From Candidatus Hermodarchaeota archaeon (GTDB lineage: Archaea > Asgardarchaeota > Heimdallarchaeia > Hodarchaeales > Hodarchaeaceae), in the NCBI GenBank assembly GCA_048886185.1, contig JBHLKY010000026.1:1-32000 (forward strand): a stretch of 32,000 nucleotides of DNA. Reading direction: 5' to 3'. Of this stretch, positions 9,199-18,654 are shown piece after piece. Numbering within the stretch: the stretch's first letter is position 1; each line of letters opens with the position of its first letter. The notes under the pieces were generated by a model that saw only the letters and a list, made by a program, of their open reading frames with translations, was not told the origin of the DNA and made no database searches. The translations under genes were made by a program, and so were the position numbers.

Positions 9199-9222
9199 AC
9201 ACCCAAAGGAAGTCATTTCTTT

Positions 9223-9969
9223 ATGAAACATTATCACATTAATTTATCAAAAGAAGAATTAAAGGGATCTCGACATATGTTCATCGTAGGTGACCCAGGA
9301 CGGACAGAATCGATTGCTAGACATATGCAAAATCCTCAGGAGATCACTTTCAACCGTGAATATAGAACTTTCCTAGCTTACATTGGGGAAACTCCAGTTA
9401 TTATCGCCAGTATGGGGATTGGTAGTCCATCAACAGCGATTGGGTTGGAAGAATTTGGAAAGTGTGGAATTACTACTATTATTCGAGTTGGAACTTCTGG
9501 TATTTTAAATTCCAAGGTTAAAATGGGAGATATCGTCTCTGCCACAGCAGCTATCCGTGATGAAGGGACTACAAAACAATACATCCCTCTAGAATTTCCC
9601 GCAGTAGCTCATCCAGATGTTGTCTTAGCATTACGACGAGGAGCAATCAGTCTTAATCTTCAGGATAGGTTTCATGAGGGTATTATCCATTCAAAGGATG
9701 CATTTTGGAGTGAAATCAGTGAGATGATTCCAGCTAGAAATGAAACAATTGAAAGATGGAAAATATGGAAAAGAGGCCGAGCCCTAGTTACCGAGATGGA
9801 GGTCTCTACCTTATTTGTGTTAGGAACAATAAGAGGTTGGCGAACTGGAGCAATCCTAGCTGCTATTGGTGATCTAAAGAATAACGAATTGATTATCGAT
9901 AAAAAGGCAGGCCATGTTGCATCAATTAATGTAGCAATTGCTGGAATGAAATTACTACTGAATCATTAA
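9223..9969 (+). CDS. udp: uridine/nucleoside phosphorylase (PNP_UDP_1 family)
   Basis: HYHI, VGDPGR, NREY, SMGIGSPSTAIGLEE, IIRVGTSG, AIRDEGTT, PLEFPAVA and EME motifs. Confidence 0.88.
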   Translation: MKHYHINLSKEELKGSRHMFIVGDPGRTESIARHMQNPQEITFNREYRTFLAYIGETPVIIASMGIGSPSTAIGLEEFGKCGITTIIRVGTSGILNSKVKMGDIVSATAAIRDEGTTKQYIPLEFPAVAHPDVVLALRRGAISLNLQDRFHEGIIHSKDAFWSEISEMIPARNETIERWKIWKRGRALVTEMEVSTLFVLGTIRGWRTGAILAAIGDLKNNELIIDKKAGHVASINVAIAGMKLLLNH

Positions 9970-10021
9970 TCGAAGTAAAATTTCCCAAGAATACCGCTGA
10001 TTCTTTTGTTCCCTCAAGTGT

Positions 10022-10678
10022 CTAATTTTGTGATCTTTTCTTGAGGATTCTAAAAATAATTATCGAAGAAATGATTAAAATTATTGAGATTACAACGATA
10101 ACTGTTAATAAAAATAGGTCAACCAAAGGATTTACAATTACTGCTTCTGAGATCGTTTCCCAGCCTAAGGTTTGATCAGATTCGTGAGGCCACTGATTGG
10201 GTGCCATCTCTGATTTATCCCAATCTTTAGGTTGTTTTGAATAATAAACTATATATTGGAGCTGCCCTTGTAATGATTCCCCCTGATTTATTGATATTTC
10301 AGTGGCTGAAGGAACCGATAATTGTATTAAGACATGCACTTTTGAGCCTATAGTTGGGAGGTCCCCGATATCACATTTTAGATCGCTTTTTACAGTTTTT
10401 TCCGAAGATAAGAATCTAAGACCGACTGCAATAGAATAGAAGCTGTCCAAATATGAACTAACAGCTTTAACTTCGAAGTTTATTTTATAAGTGTATTTTA
10501 TATTAACAAAAAGTGTTTTAGGATAAGAAGAAAGAGTTATTTGAAGCTGAGACCCATTCGATTGGGTCCAAGTTTTTATGTATCTTGAATCTGCTCTGGA
10601 ATAACTTAAATAAGGTGTAAGAAGAAGAAAAATGAGTATTAGCTCTATTAAATGCCTTCTTTTACACGATTTTGACAT
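10022..10678 (-). CDS. exported protein with signal peptide and C-terminal membrane anchor
   Basis: From ATG 10678: MSKSCKRRHLIELILIFLLLTPYLSYSRA resembles a Sec signal, followed by a beta-rich middle and a C-terminal TM plus basic tail (RILKKRSQN). Alternative start ATG 10759 overlaps the upstream stop (TAATG). Confidence 0.75.
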   Translation of the reverse strand: MSKSCKRRHLIELILIFLLLTPYLSYSRADSRYIKTWTQSNGSQLQITLSSYPKTLFVNIKYTYKINFEVKAVSSYLDSFYSIAVGLRFLSSEKTVKSDLKCDIGDLPTIGSKVHVLIQLSVPSATEISINQGESLQGQLQYIVYYSKQPKDWDKSEMAPNQWPHESDQTLGWETISEAVIVNPLVDLFLLTVIVVISIILIISSIIIFRILKKRSQN

Positions 10679-10758
10679 GTTGACCTGATATCTCTCTGAT
10701 GAATTAAACCATTTTGAGCGAATGAAAGCTGTAAAGAAGCATAAAGAATAACTAAACA

Positions 10759-11232
10759 TTAAAGAACTGAAAGGATCTCATAGAAAGCTTGACATTTCAT
10801 CCGGATTTGTTTTAGTTGTTCGTTTGTTAGCCTTTGAACTGTAAAGAAGGAAGTCGAAGTTAAAATTTCTTTAAAAGTACGCGCCATCTCCTCTTCCTTT
10901 GCAAGAATAAATTGTGTGAGTTTTTCTGCGGATTGATGAAAGACTACTAAGTAAGCAGAGCCTATTCCTTTAATATAAAAGGCCTTTGTTAAAGCAAAAA
11001 TCTCTATTTCATCCCAGATAATTGGTAAAAAATTCCATTCCACTTCCTCAAGGTCTAAAGGATTTTTTGTAGCGAGGATTTTTAATAATAAATCCCAAGT
11101 TTGGATTTCTGAATGCCATGTAGATCCTGACCAAAGAATTTCAGGATTCAAATTATGATATTCAATAATCCCAAAGAATAATCCCAAATTATGATCAGGT
11201 GTTATTTCCGACATAGATAATCGCTTAGCCAT
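10759..11232 (-). CDS. hypothetical protein, possible longin/uDENN-like fold
   Basis: 157-aa ORF whose hydrophobicity pattern reads as beta-beta-alpha-beta-beta-beta-alpha-alpha. The ORF is reliable; the fold is inference. Confidence 0.6.
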   Translation of the reverse strand: MAKRLSMSEITPDHNLGLFFGIIEYHNLNPEILWSGSTWHSEIQTWDLLLKILATKNPLDLEEVEWNFLPIIWDEIEIFALTKAFYIKGIGSAYLVVFHQSAEKLTQFILAKEEEMARTFKEILTSTSFFTVQRLTNEQLKQIRMKCQAFYEILSVL

Positions 11233-11309
11233 TTCTTTTAATGATGTCCACTAGGAAAAAATAGGAAAGTTAAATTTTAGAGGTCATTCAAAGAATATTT
11301 TCATATTTT

Positions 11310-11327
11310 TATTGAAATTTTTCAATA
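11310..11327. promoter_or_regulatory. inverted repeat, candidate operator in a divergent promoter
   Basis: TATTGAAA-TT-TTTCAATA, perfect 8-bp arms, located between divergent starts at 11232 and 11440. Confidence 0.35.
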
Positions 11328-11439
11328 GTACTACAAAAACTCTTTTATTTAATATGACACTATAAAGCAAAATTTCTCAAGAAGAAAAAAATTATCATTT
11401 AATCGATTAAAAAAGGTATTATAATCCAAAAAAGACTTA

Positions 11440-14022
11440 GTGATTAATATGTCATTATCAAGTGATATTTACAAACAGATAATTGTCCTTATTGCTTCAA
11501 TTATTGGAACGTTGCTCCTCATAATACTCCTTTCAACACCAATTATGGGAATGTTTGCTCTCGGGCCAATCGTGTCTCCTGGTGGAATTTTTGGGGCGTC
11601 GAGTGGATCAGCTTATACTTCTGGTATAATTACTCTTACAGGAGTTGATGATACTATAACTATCATCCGAGATAACTGGGGAATTCCCCATATCTATGCA
11701 AAAACTCACAAAGATGCCGTTTTTGCATTAGGCTATTGTCATGCAACAGATAGAATGTTCCAAATGGAGATGACAAGCAGAACAGGAATGGGTCAAATAT
11801 CCGAGATTATGGGTAACGATTCTCTAGATGACGATATTTATTATCAAACTCTTGGAATCGAAAAAGCTGCCCGAGAAATGATTGAAGTGTTTGAAGTTGA
11901 ACGTGAAACTGATTTAGAACTTGACACAATGTTAAATATGCTTGATGCTTATTGTAATGGTGTGAACTATGAGATTGAAAACAGGATTAAAAGTAAAACA
12001 TTACCAATCGAATTTCAATTGCTAAATTTCAAACCCACACCCTGGACGCCGCTTAAAATCTTCGTTTACAACCGTTTAATGAGTCTTATGTTAACTTACT
12101 CTACATATGATTTACACGCTACAATTCTAAGGGATGAATTGTTCGATGGTAACTTGACAGCAATGCACGAACTTTTTCCACTTAATAACACTCATTATCA
12201 GGTTCCAGTAATACCAGGTTATGGCAATTATTCACTTCCTTCGATTATGACGGATAAGTTTGAGGCACCTGTTCAAAAGGGGGATACTGAAGCTCGAACA
12301 AAAGCGTTAGAGAAAATTCTTGAGCGGACCCCCCAAAGCCTAGAATTCTTCCAACAATCATGGATTGGATCAAATAATTGGGTTGCGAATGGTACAAAGA
12401 CAAAGAGCGGAAAACCTATTCTAGCAAACGATATGCATTTAAGCATTGATCTCCCCCATATCTGGTACGAAGCTCATCTAGTTGTGTCTGAAGATAACTT
12501 GAATATTTATGGTTATACGTTAACAGGTACTCCTATTGTAGTCGTTGGCTTCAATACACACGTTGCGTGGGGATTTACAAATGTTGGTCCTGATGGTGTT
12601 GACTGGTACGAATATGTATGGGATGGAGATAAATATTGGAATGGTACGAAATGGGTTTCTCCTGTCTTAAGGAATATCAATATACCAGTAAAGGGCCTTG
12701 GTAATCATACTGATGTAATTAGATATACAGAAGATGGGGTAATTATGGGTGAAGTGATGGGGAAGTCATTGATAGCTATGAGGTGGACCGCGACTGAGAG
12801 CCCAACATATGAAATTAAAGCATTATTTGGTGCAAATACTGCAAAAAATTGGGAGGAATTCAATGAGTCAATACAATGGTTCCATGATCCTCCACAAAAT
12901 ATTGTGTTTGCAGATTCTGATGGTACGATTGCACTAAGACCAACCGGCCGATTTGTTAAAAGGAATTTCACAGAGGGATTACTTGCAGGTTTTGTTCAAA
13001 ATGGCTCTGATCCTAATATAAACAAAAAATGGGAATATATTCCCTTTCATGAATTACCATACTCAGTTAATCCTCCACAGTGCTATCTGGCATCAGCCAA
13101 TCAAAAATCTACTGGCCCAGATTATCAATATTATTTGAGTAGTACTCAAGCAGCAGGTTATCGGGGGAGAAGTATCAATCGTCATTTAAGTCAGGCTCCA
13201 GACGGAAGTATTGATGTTGATTTCATGAAAGATGCTCAATGTGGAGACATGGGAATTCTTGACATTTGTTCTGAAGCTTTCACACCATTTTTTCTTGCTG
13301 CAATTGAAGGTTCAATTGGATTAGATCTTTCAGACGTTGCGAAGGAAGCATTTTCAGCATTGAAATCATGGAGTAAAAGTGATGTCAAGTATCTTATGAA
13401 ACATGATCAAGTAGGTCCAACAATCTTTTATGAAACATTTTCCCAATTCAGGCAACTGGTGTGGAGTGATGAATATGAAGAGGCTGAGATAGATGTAGCA
13501 AAGCCTCAAGACAATACTCTTGAATATCTTGTCCGTGAGTTTCCAGATTCAAAATGGTTTGATAATGTAACAACTGTAGCTATAGAGGACAGGGATGATA
13601 TAATAGTTGAAGCCTTTCTAGAAGCAGTGAAGAATTTAAAGAAAGAATTTGGCTTAGAGGTTGACGATTGGTTATGGGGTGAATATCATCGAATGTACTT
13701 CAATCATTTAGGAGGAATAGACTCTTTTGGGAAAGGATCACACCCACATGATGGTTCTGGATATACGCTTTTAGCTGCAGGGGGTCGTCGGGTTGGTGGG
13801 GGTCCTAGTGAGCGAATGGTTGTAGATTTTGATAACATCTCCAATAGTTGGAGTGTTATTCCAGCAGGAGTAAGTGGAAATCCAGCCAATCCGCATTATG
13901 CAGATCAAGCTCTTGAACTCTGGATGAAAAGTGAATATCATCTAATGCTTATCCAATATGATACTATCGCAGATTTCCCAAAAGAACAAATGGAAGCTCA
14001 AGTAATTTTAAAACCACAATAA
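11440..14022 (+). CDS. penicillin acylase family Ntn-hydrolase, N-terminally membrane anchored
   Basis: RDNWGIPHIYA, ALGYCHATDRMFQME, GSNNW (Ser nucleophile codon 12370-12372), LANDMHL, QNIVFAD, SANQ and GVSGNP..PHY.DQ motifs; one N-terminal TM. Confidence 0.95.
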   Translation: MINMSLSSDIYKQIIVLIASIIGTLLLIILLSTPIMGMFALGPIVSPGGIFGASSGSAYTSGIITLTGVDDTITIIRDNWGIPHIYAKTHKDAVFALGYCHATDRMFQMEMTSRTGMGQISEIMGNDSLDDDIYYQTLGIEKAAREMIEVFEVERETDLELDTMLNMLDAYCNGVNYEIENRIKSKTLPIEFQLLNFKPTPWTPLKIFVYNRLMSLMLTYSTYDLHATILRDELFDGNLTAMHELFPLNNTHYQVPVIPGYGNYSLPSIMTDKFEAPVQKGDTEARTKALEKILERTPQSLEFFQQSWIGSNNWVANGTKTKSGKPILANDMHLSIDLPHIWYEAHLVVSEDNLNIYGYTLTGTPIVVVGFNTHVAWGFTNVGPDGVDWYEYVWDGDKYWNGTKWVSPVLRNINIPVKGLGNHTDVIRYTEDGVIMGEVMGKSLIAMRWTATESPTYEIKALFGANTAKNWEEFNESIQWFHDPPQNIVFADSDGTIALRPTGRFVKRNFTEGLLAGFVQNGSDPNINKKWEYIPFHELPYSVNPPQCYLASANQKSTGPDYQYYLSSTQAAGYRGRSINRHLSQAPDGSIDVDFMKDAQCGDMGILDICSEAFTPFFLAAIEGSIGLDLSDVAKEAFSALKSWSKSDVKYLMKHDQVGPTIFYETFSQFRQLVWSDEYEEAEIDVAKPQDNTLEYLVREFPDSKWFDNVTTVAIEDRDDIIVEAFLEAVKNLKKEFGLEVDDWLWGEYHRMYFNHLGGIDSFGKGSHPHDGSGYTLLAAGGRRVGGGPSERMVVDFDNISNSWSVIPAGVSGNPANPHYADQALELWMKSEYHLMLIQYDTIADFPKEQMEAQVILKPQ

Positions 14023-14023
14023 G

Positions 14024-14491
14024 GTGACTGATCAAATGACTAAAAAAACAGATCAATATAATTTTGGTAAGATACTAGAGAACCGTGAAATAATTGTATT
14101 AGTAATTTCTGTGTTTGGTATTATAATTTCTGACTTAACTATCGCCTCCTCATTACCTTTCTGGTTCCCTCCTATAATAATGGGAATAGTTGGTGGAATT
14201 ATACTAGGATCTTCACGTGCAGGATTGTTCAGCGGTTTGGGAACATTAGTCGGTCGTGTAGTATCAATTTTATTGATGATTCTGACAATACCTGGATTAA
14301 TGAGGACACTAGATTTATTCTTAGCTGCAATAGGAGACGTTTTAGGAGCACCATTACCTCCAGGGTCCCTAATTATGATCTTGTTATCAAGTGTCATCTG
14401 TGGGATATTTGGATTACTTGGAGGTCTAATAGGTGGTTCAGGGGTGAAAATTACTCTTGGTATATTAGAATCTCGTGAAGTAGGAACATAG
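14024..14491 (+). CDS. Gly-rich small membrane protein (~4 TM)
   Basis: Starts 1 nt after the acylase stop; many GxxxG motifs in hydrophobic helices. Confidence 0.75.
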   Translation: MTDQMTKKTDQYNFGKILENREIIVLVISVFGIIISDLTIASSLPFWFPPIIMGIVGGIILGSSRAGLFSGLGTLVGRVVSILLMILTIPGLMRTLDLFLAAIGDVLGAPLPPGSLIMILLSSVICGIFGLLGGLIGGSGVKITLGILESREVGT

Positions 14492-14634
14492 AGTTTAATG
14501 CTGAGGATTAATTTTCATATTGAAACTAGTCTATTTCCAATCTTTTGTTATCATTCCCGAATAAAAATAAATTAACCTTGAGTATTACATCTTTAAATCT
14601 GTTAAAATTTAAGAAGAAATGGGAGAAAAAGATA

Positions 14635-15945
14635 ATGTCTGATTTGAAAAATATTATCGTTCAGAAGATGGAGAAACTAAACGCTAAATATCTCTTGCTT
14701 CAATTCACTGGCGCTGATGGGCAACTTAAAGGGGTCGAAATGGCTAAAAGATCTTTTGTAAAAGCTGATCAAATAGGAATCGATGGGAGTAGCATTGGTT
14801 TTCTAAGAACAAAGCAATCAGACATGATAGTTGTCCCTGATCCATCTACAGTAACTTTGGTACCTTGGCAAGAGAATACTGCTTGTGTTTTTTGTGATTT
14901 AAGAAGCACTGATACCCATGAGCGCATTGCAGCAGATCCTCGAGGGATATTAGCTAAGGTGAATAGGGAATTATTTGATGAGTTCCACGCAGAATATTTT
15001 GTGAGACCAGAAATGGAGTTTTATGTGTTAACCTCTGATTTTAAACCTGTTGATAAAGCAAGTTATATGGAATTACCTCCAAAAGATAGAGGCTATTTTC
15101 TACGGAAATTAATCATTGAAACATTGGATCAGGTAAATGTTCCATTCAAGACTTTTCATTCAGAAGTTGGACCAAGTCAACATGAGATTGAGTTTGAAGC
15201 CTTACCTGCAATTCAGGCAGCTGATAATGTACAATTTTTCAAGCAAACTGCGAAAATTATTGCTTTAAACCACACTGAGGGGTGGTTGGTAAGTTTTATG
15301 CCCAAACCATTTATAGATGAGTCTGGTAATGGTATGCATATCCACCAAATAGTTCAATCTTCAAGTGGTAACCTGTTTAAGGGGAGTGGGAATGAAATAT
15401 CAGAATTTTCCCTCCATTTTATAGCTGGTCAGCTCAAATTTGCTACTGAAATAGCAGCACTAACCAATCCTATCGTGAATTCTTACCGTAGATTGGTTCC
15501 TGGAAAAGAAGCGCCTGTATATATTACTTGGGGAATTGCGAATCGAACCGCTTTAATTCGTGTACCTGGTTATGAAGCTGGGAGACTTGAATATCGTGCT
15601 GCTGATGCTGCATCCAATATTTACTTTTCGTTAGCATTACTCCTAGCAGCAGGGATGGAAGGAGTGAGAAAGAAGTTAGAACCTCCTGATGAAGCAGATT
15701 TTGATGCAGATGCTCTAAGTTTAGAACAGCTGGAAGAAAGAGGAATACAATTATTGCCTAGATCTCTTAAAGATGCTTTGATGAAATTTAAACAGAGTAC
15801 TCTTGCAAAGGAGGTACTTGGATTGGCACTTCATCAGGAATATTATGAAGCTCGAATGAATGAGTGGTTGGATTTTGCTAGTGAATATAGTTTTGAAAAA
15901 CAGGAAATCACTCTATGGGAAATTTCTAAGTATCTCAATTGCTAA
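14635..15945 (+). CDS. glnA: glutamine synthetase type I family protein (paralog 1)
   Basis: DGSSI, PEMEFY, HSEVGPSQHEI, FMPKPF..ESGNGMHIH, NSYRRLVPGKEAP, NRTALIRVP and RLEYR motifs. Start ATG 14635; TTG 14545 is unlikely. Confidence 0.92.
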   Translation: MSDLKNIIVQKMEKLNAKYLLLQFTGADGQLKGVEMAKRSFVKADQIGIDGSSIGFLRTKQSDMIVVPDPSTVTLVPWQENTACVFCDLRSTDTHERIAADPRGILAKVNRELFDEFHAEYFVRPEMEFYVLTSDFKPVDKASYMELPPKDRGYFLRKLIIETLDQVNVPFKTFHSEVGPSQHEIEFEALPAIQAADNVQFFKQTAKIIALNHTEGWLVSFMPKPFIDESGNGMHIHQIVQSSSGNLFKGSGNEISEFSLHFIAGQLKFATEIAALTNPIVNSYRRLVPGKEAPVYITWGIANRTALIRVPGYEAGRLEYRAADAASNIYFSLALLLAAGMEGVRKKLEPPDEADFDADALSLEQLEERGIQLLPRSLKDALMKFKQSTLAKEVLGLALHQEYYEARMNEWLDFASEYSFEKQEITLWEISKYLNC

Positions 15946-15959
15946 AGTGAAAATAATGT

Positions 15960-17234
15960 TTAAACTTGAAGATAATTCTTCCAATCCCAATCAGTGACCT
16001 GTGTGGAATATTGGAGCCATTCTTCGTTCTTCAACTGGAAGAATTTTTTGCAAATATGATCACCAAGCGCATCGCAAAGAAGCTTATCTTTTTTGAGATA
16101 AGAAAGTGCCTCAAAAAGGTTTCCTGGAAGCGTTTTTATATTTAGTTTTCGTTTTTCCTTTGTTGATAAGCTAAAAATATTTTTTTTCACTGATGGGGGT
16201 AGTTCAAGTTCACGTTCGACTCCGTCCATTCCTGCGGTGACAATTGAAATAAGAGCAAGATATGGGTTACAACTCGGGTCAGGACAACGATATTCAAAGC
16301 GGGCATGTTGAGGACTATTGAACATAGGAACACGAATTAATGCAGAACGATTAAGAGGGCCCCAAGAGACATAAACTGGTGCCTCATAACCTGGAACTAA
16401 TCTCTTAAAAGAATTTACAGTTGGTGCCACCAACACCGTCATTGCTTGAGCATGTTCCAATATACCAGCCATATAATGTTCAGCTAAAGGTGAAAGCTGA
16501 TTAGATTCAGAGTCAGCAAAAAGATTTTTAGTACCTTCCCATAATGAAATATGACAGTGCATCCCATTTCCTGCTTCTTTGATAAAGGGTTTGGGCATAA
16601 ATGTCGCTGTATATTCTGATTTTGCTGCCAATGCTCTAATGATGGCTTTATAAGTAACTATGATATCAGCAATACGAAGAGCTTCTTCATATCCAATCTC
16701 TATCTCATACTGACCCGGACCAACCTCATGATGGTGAACTTTGGGCTTAATTAAAGCTTTTATTAAGTATTGGGAGAATCTTTTAACCATCCCCTCAACA
16801 ATAGCATTAGGAAAGATATCTGCATATTTTCCTTGATCAACGGGGACATTGTTTTTAAAAAGGTAGAATTCTGGCTCAGGCCCGACTTTAAGGGATAATC
16901 CTTTTGCTGTTAAATTCTTCTCGATTATGCTTCGTAATTGAGAGCGGGTATCTCCCGAGAAAATTTTACCATTTTGGCGAATTTCACACATGACTGCTAG
17001 TTTAGGTTCCTCTGTATAAGGAATCTCGAATAGACTATCTGAAACAGGTAATAAGTGTAAATCAGAACTTTCTAATGCTGTAAAACCCGCAATAGAACTA
17101 CCATCGATGTTTATTCCTTCTGAAAAGACATGTTCAGCAGTTGCTGTGCTGATTTCTTCAACTGTGATTGGGAGACTCATTGCCTTTAATGTTCCGTGAA
17201 TGTCTACAAATCTGATTTCAAGCATATTGAACAA
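15960..17234 (-). CDS. glnA: glutamine synthetase type I family protein (paralog 2)
   Basis: DGSSIAGF, GPEPEFY, HHEVGPGQYEI, FMPKPF..EAGNGMHCH, NSFKRLVPGYEAP, NRSALIRVP and RFEYRCPDPSCNPYLA motifs. TTG start with AAGGAG SD about 10 nt upstream. Confidence 0.93.
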   Translation of the reverse strand: MFNMLEIRFVDIHGTLKAMSLPITVEEISTATAEHVFSEGINIDGSSIAGFTALESSDLHLLPVSDSLFEIPYTEEPKLAVMCEIRQNGKIFSGDTRSQLRSIIEKNLTAKGLSLKVGPEPEFYLFKNNVPVDQGKYADIFPNAIVEGMVKRFSQYLIKALIKPKVHHHEVGPGQYEIEIGYEEALRIADIIVTYKAIIRALAAKSEYTATFMPKPFIKEAGNGMHCHISLWEGTKNLFADSESNQLSPLAEHYMAGILEHAQAMTVLVAPTVNSFKRLVPGYEAPVYVSWGPLNRSALIRVPMFNSPQHARFEYRCPDPSCNPYLALISIVTAGMDGVERELELPPSVKKNIFSLSTKEKRKLNIKTLPGNLFEALSYLKKDKLLCDALGDHICKKFFQLKNEEWLQYSTQVTDWDWKNYLQV

Positions 17235-17370
17235 TTTAATTTTACTCCTTTTCTCAAAAATAGAAGATAATATTCAAATTTTAATTCTCTTTATTCCCAG
17301 AATAGAATGAACCTAGCATAATTAATACAAAATATTTAGTTATTGATCGACTTTTGTTCTTGCTTCATTA

Positions 17371-18654
17371 TTAATACAGCTTTTTTACATTTTCCTCTGT
17401 TCTATCTAAAATTTCTGTTTCATCAAGAGTTAAAACTTGGCGGTTATGCATCAGGAGGTGTCCATTTACAATTAATGAATGAACATCGCTTCCATTGGCA
17501 GCATAAACAATGTTAGAAATGATACTATGTATAGGTTTAAGATGAGGTGAATGAAAATTAATAATAACAAGATCTGCTTGATTACCTACCTTAATTAATG
17601 AATCAGGATGAAAATTTCGCCTGAAAGACCAACAAGTATCTTCAAGTACTTGTTCGGCTGGATAAAGAGCTGGATCCCATCTTGATGCAGAAATTACATT
17701 GGCTCCTTCACGCATCTCACGCCATAAATCCAATGTATTGTTAGAGGCACTACCATCAGTACCAATAGAAACAACTGCTCCTAAGGCTCGTAATTCTGGG
17801 ATTGGAGTAATTCCTCCATAAGCTAACTTTTGAGCTGAAACAGGGCACCATCCGATAGTCACATGATGCTTTCCAAGAATATTTACTTCCCTTTGGGTAA
17901 TCCAAGTGCAATGGGCTATTATTTCTTTAATTCCTTCTCTAAAGAATCCAATTTGGGCAAGTCTTTCGACAGGTGGGACTCCATATTTATCCTCAGAATT
18001 AAGAACTTCTTTTCGCGTTTCTGATGCATGCAGCATAAGGGGAATATGATGGTTTTCCGCTAAATCAGCTGCTTTCAGAATAATCTCTTCTGGTACAGTC
18101 ATCTGACTATGTGGAGCTATTGCTGCATTGAGGAGAGAAGATTCTTTTACAAGAGAAATTACACGCGTAAATTCTGCTAATTGAAATTCATACCCTCCTT
18201 GATCAACAAAAGCACTTGGTAGTATCCCTGCGCCTAGCCATCCTCGTAACCCTGCCTGTTCCATTACTTTTCCCACTGAAGTTTCATGAAAATAGAAATC
18301 TGCAGCTCCCCCTGTTCCAGCTTTGATCATTTCCAGGCAAGCTAATTCGGTTCCTAATACAATCCATTTTGCGTCAAATTTACCTTCAATTTTCCAGACA
18401 TCTTGAAGCCAATCTATTAAGGTTTTATTGTCTGAATAACCTCTTAATAAAGACATAGGTAGATGAGTGTGGCTATTGATCGGAGGAGGTAAAACAACAA
18501 GGGATTTTCCGCTGACAATGAATTCTGGATCGGGCATTTGGGCATCTGATGCTATATCACTGATGATATTGTCCTCTATTATGATGTTAGCTCTGATAAT
18601 TTTACTAGGATCAGGTTCTGGTATAATTGAAACATCTTTTAGTAATAAGTCCAT
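17371..18654 (-). CDS. amidohydrolase, MTA/SAH deaminase (MtaD/TrzA-AtzA-like) family
   Basis: NSHTHLPMSLLRG, APHS, HASET, AHC, CPVS..KL and GTDGSASNN.LDLW.EMR motifs. Confidence 0.88.
   Translation of the reverse strand: MDLLLKDVSIIPEPDPSKIIRANIIIEDNIISDIASDAQMPDPEFIVSGKSLVVLPPPINSHTHLPMSLLRGYSDNKTLIDWLQDVWKIEGKFDAKWIVLGTELACLEMIKAGTGGAADFYFHETSVGKVMEQAGLRGWLGAGILPSAFVDQGGYEFQLAEFTRVISLVKESSLLNAAIAPHSQMTVPEEIILKAADLAENHHIPLMLHASETRKEVLNSEDKYGVPPVERLAQIGFFREGIKEIIAHCTWITQREVNILGKHHVTIGWCPVSAQKLAYGGITPIPELRALGAVVSIGTDGSASNNTLDLWREMREGANVISASRWDPALYPAEQVLEDTCWSFRRNFHPDSLIKVGNQADLVIINFHSPHLKPIHSIISNIVYAANGSDVHSLIVNGHLLMHNRQVLTLDETEILDRTEENVKKLY

Noticed and set aside
14635-17234. GS paralogs as PuuA-like gamma-glutamyl-polyamine ligases, or a NrpR operator upstream of them
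   Set aside because: Both retain the ammonium-site Asp and flap Glu, and I found no GGAA-N6-TTCC site upstream of either gene.
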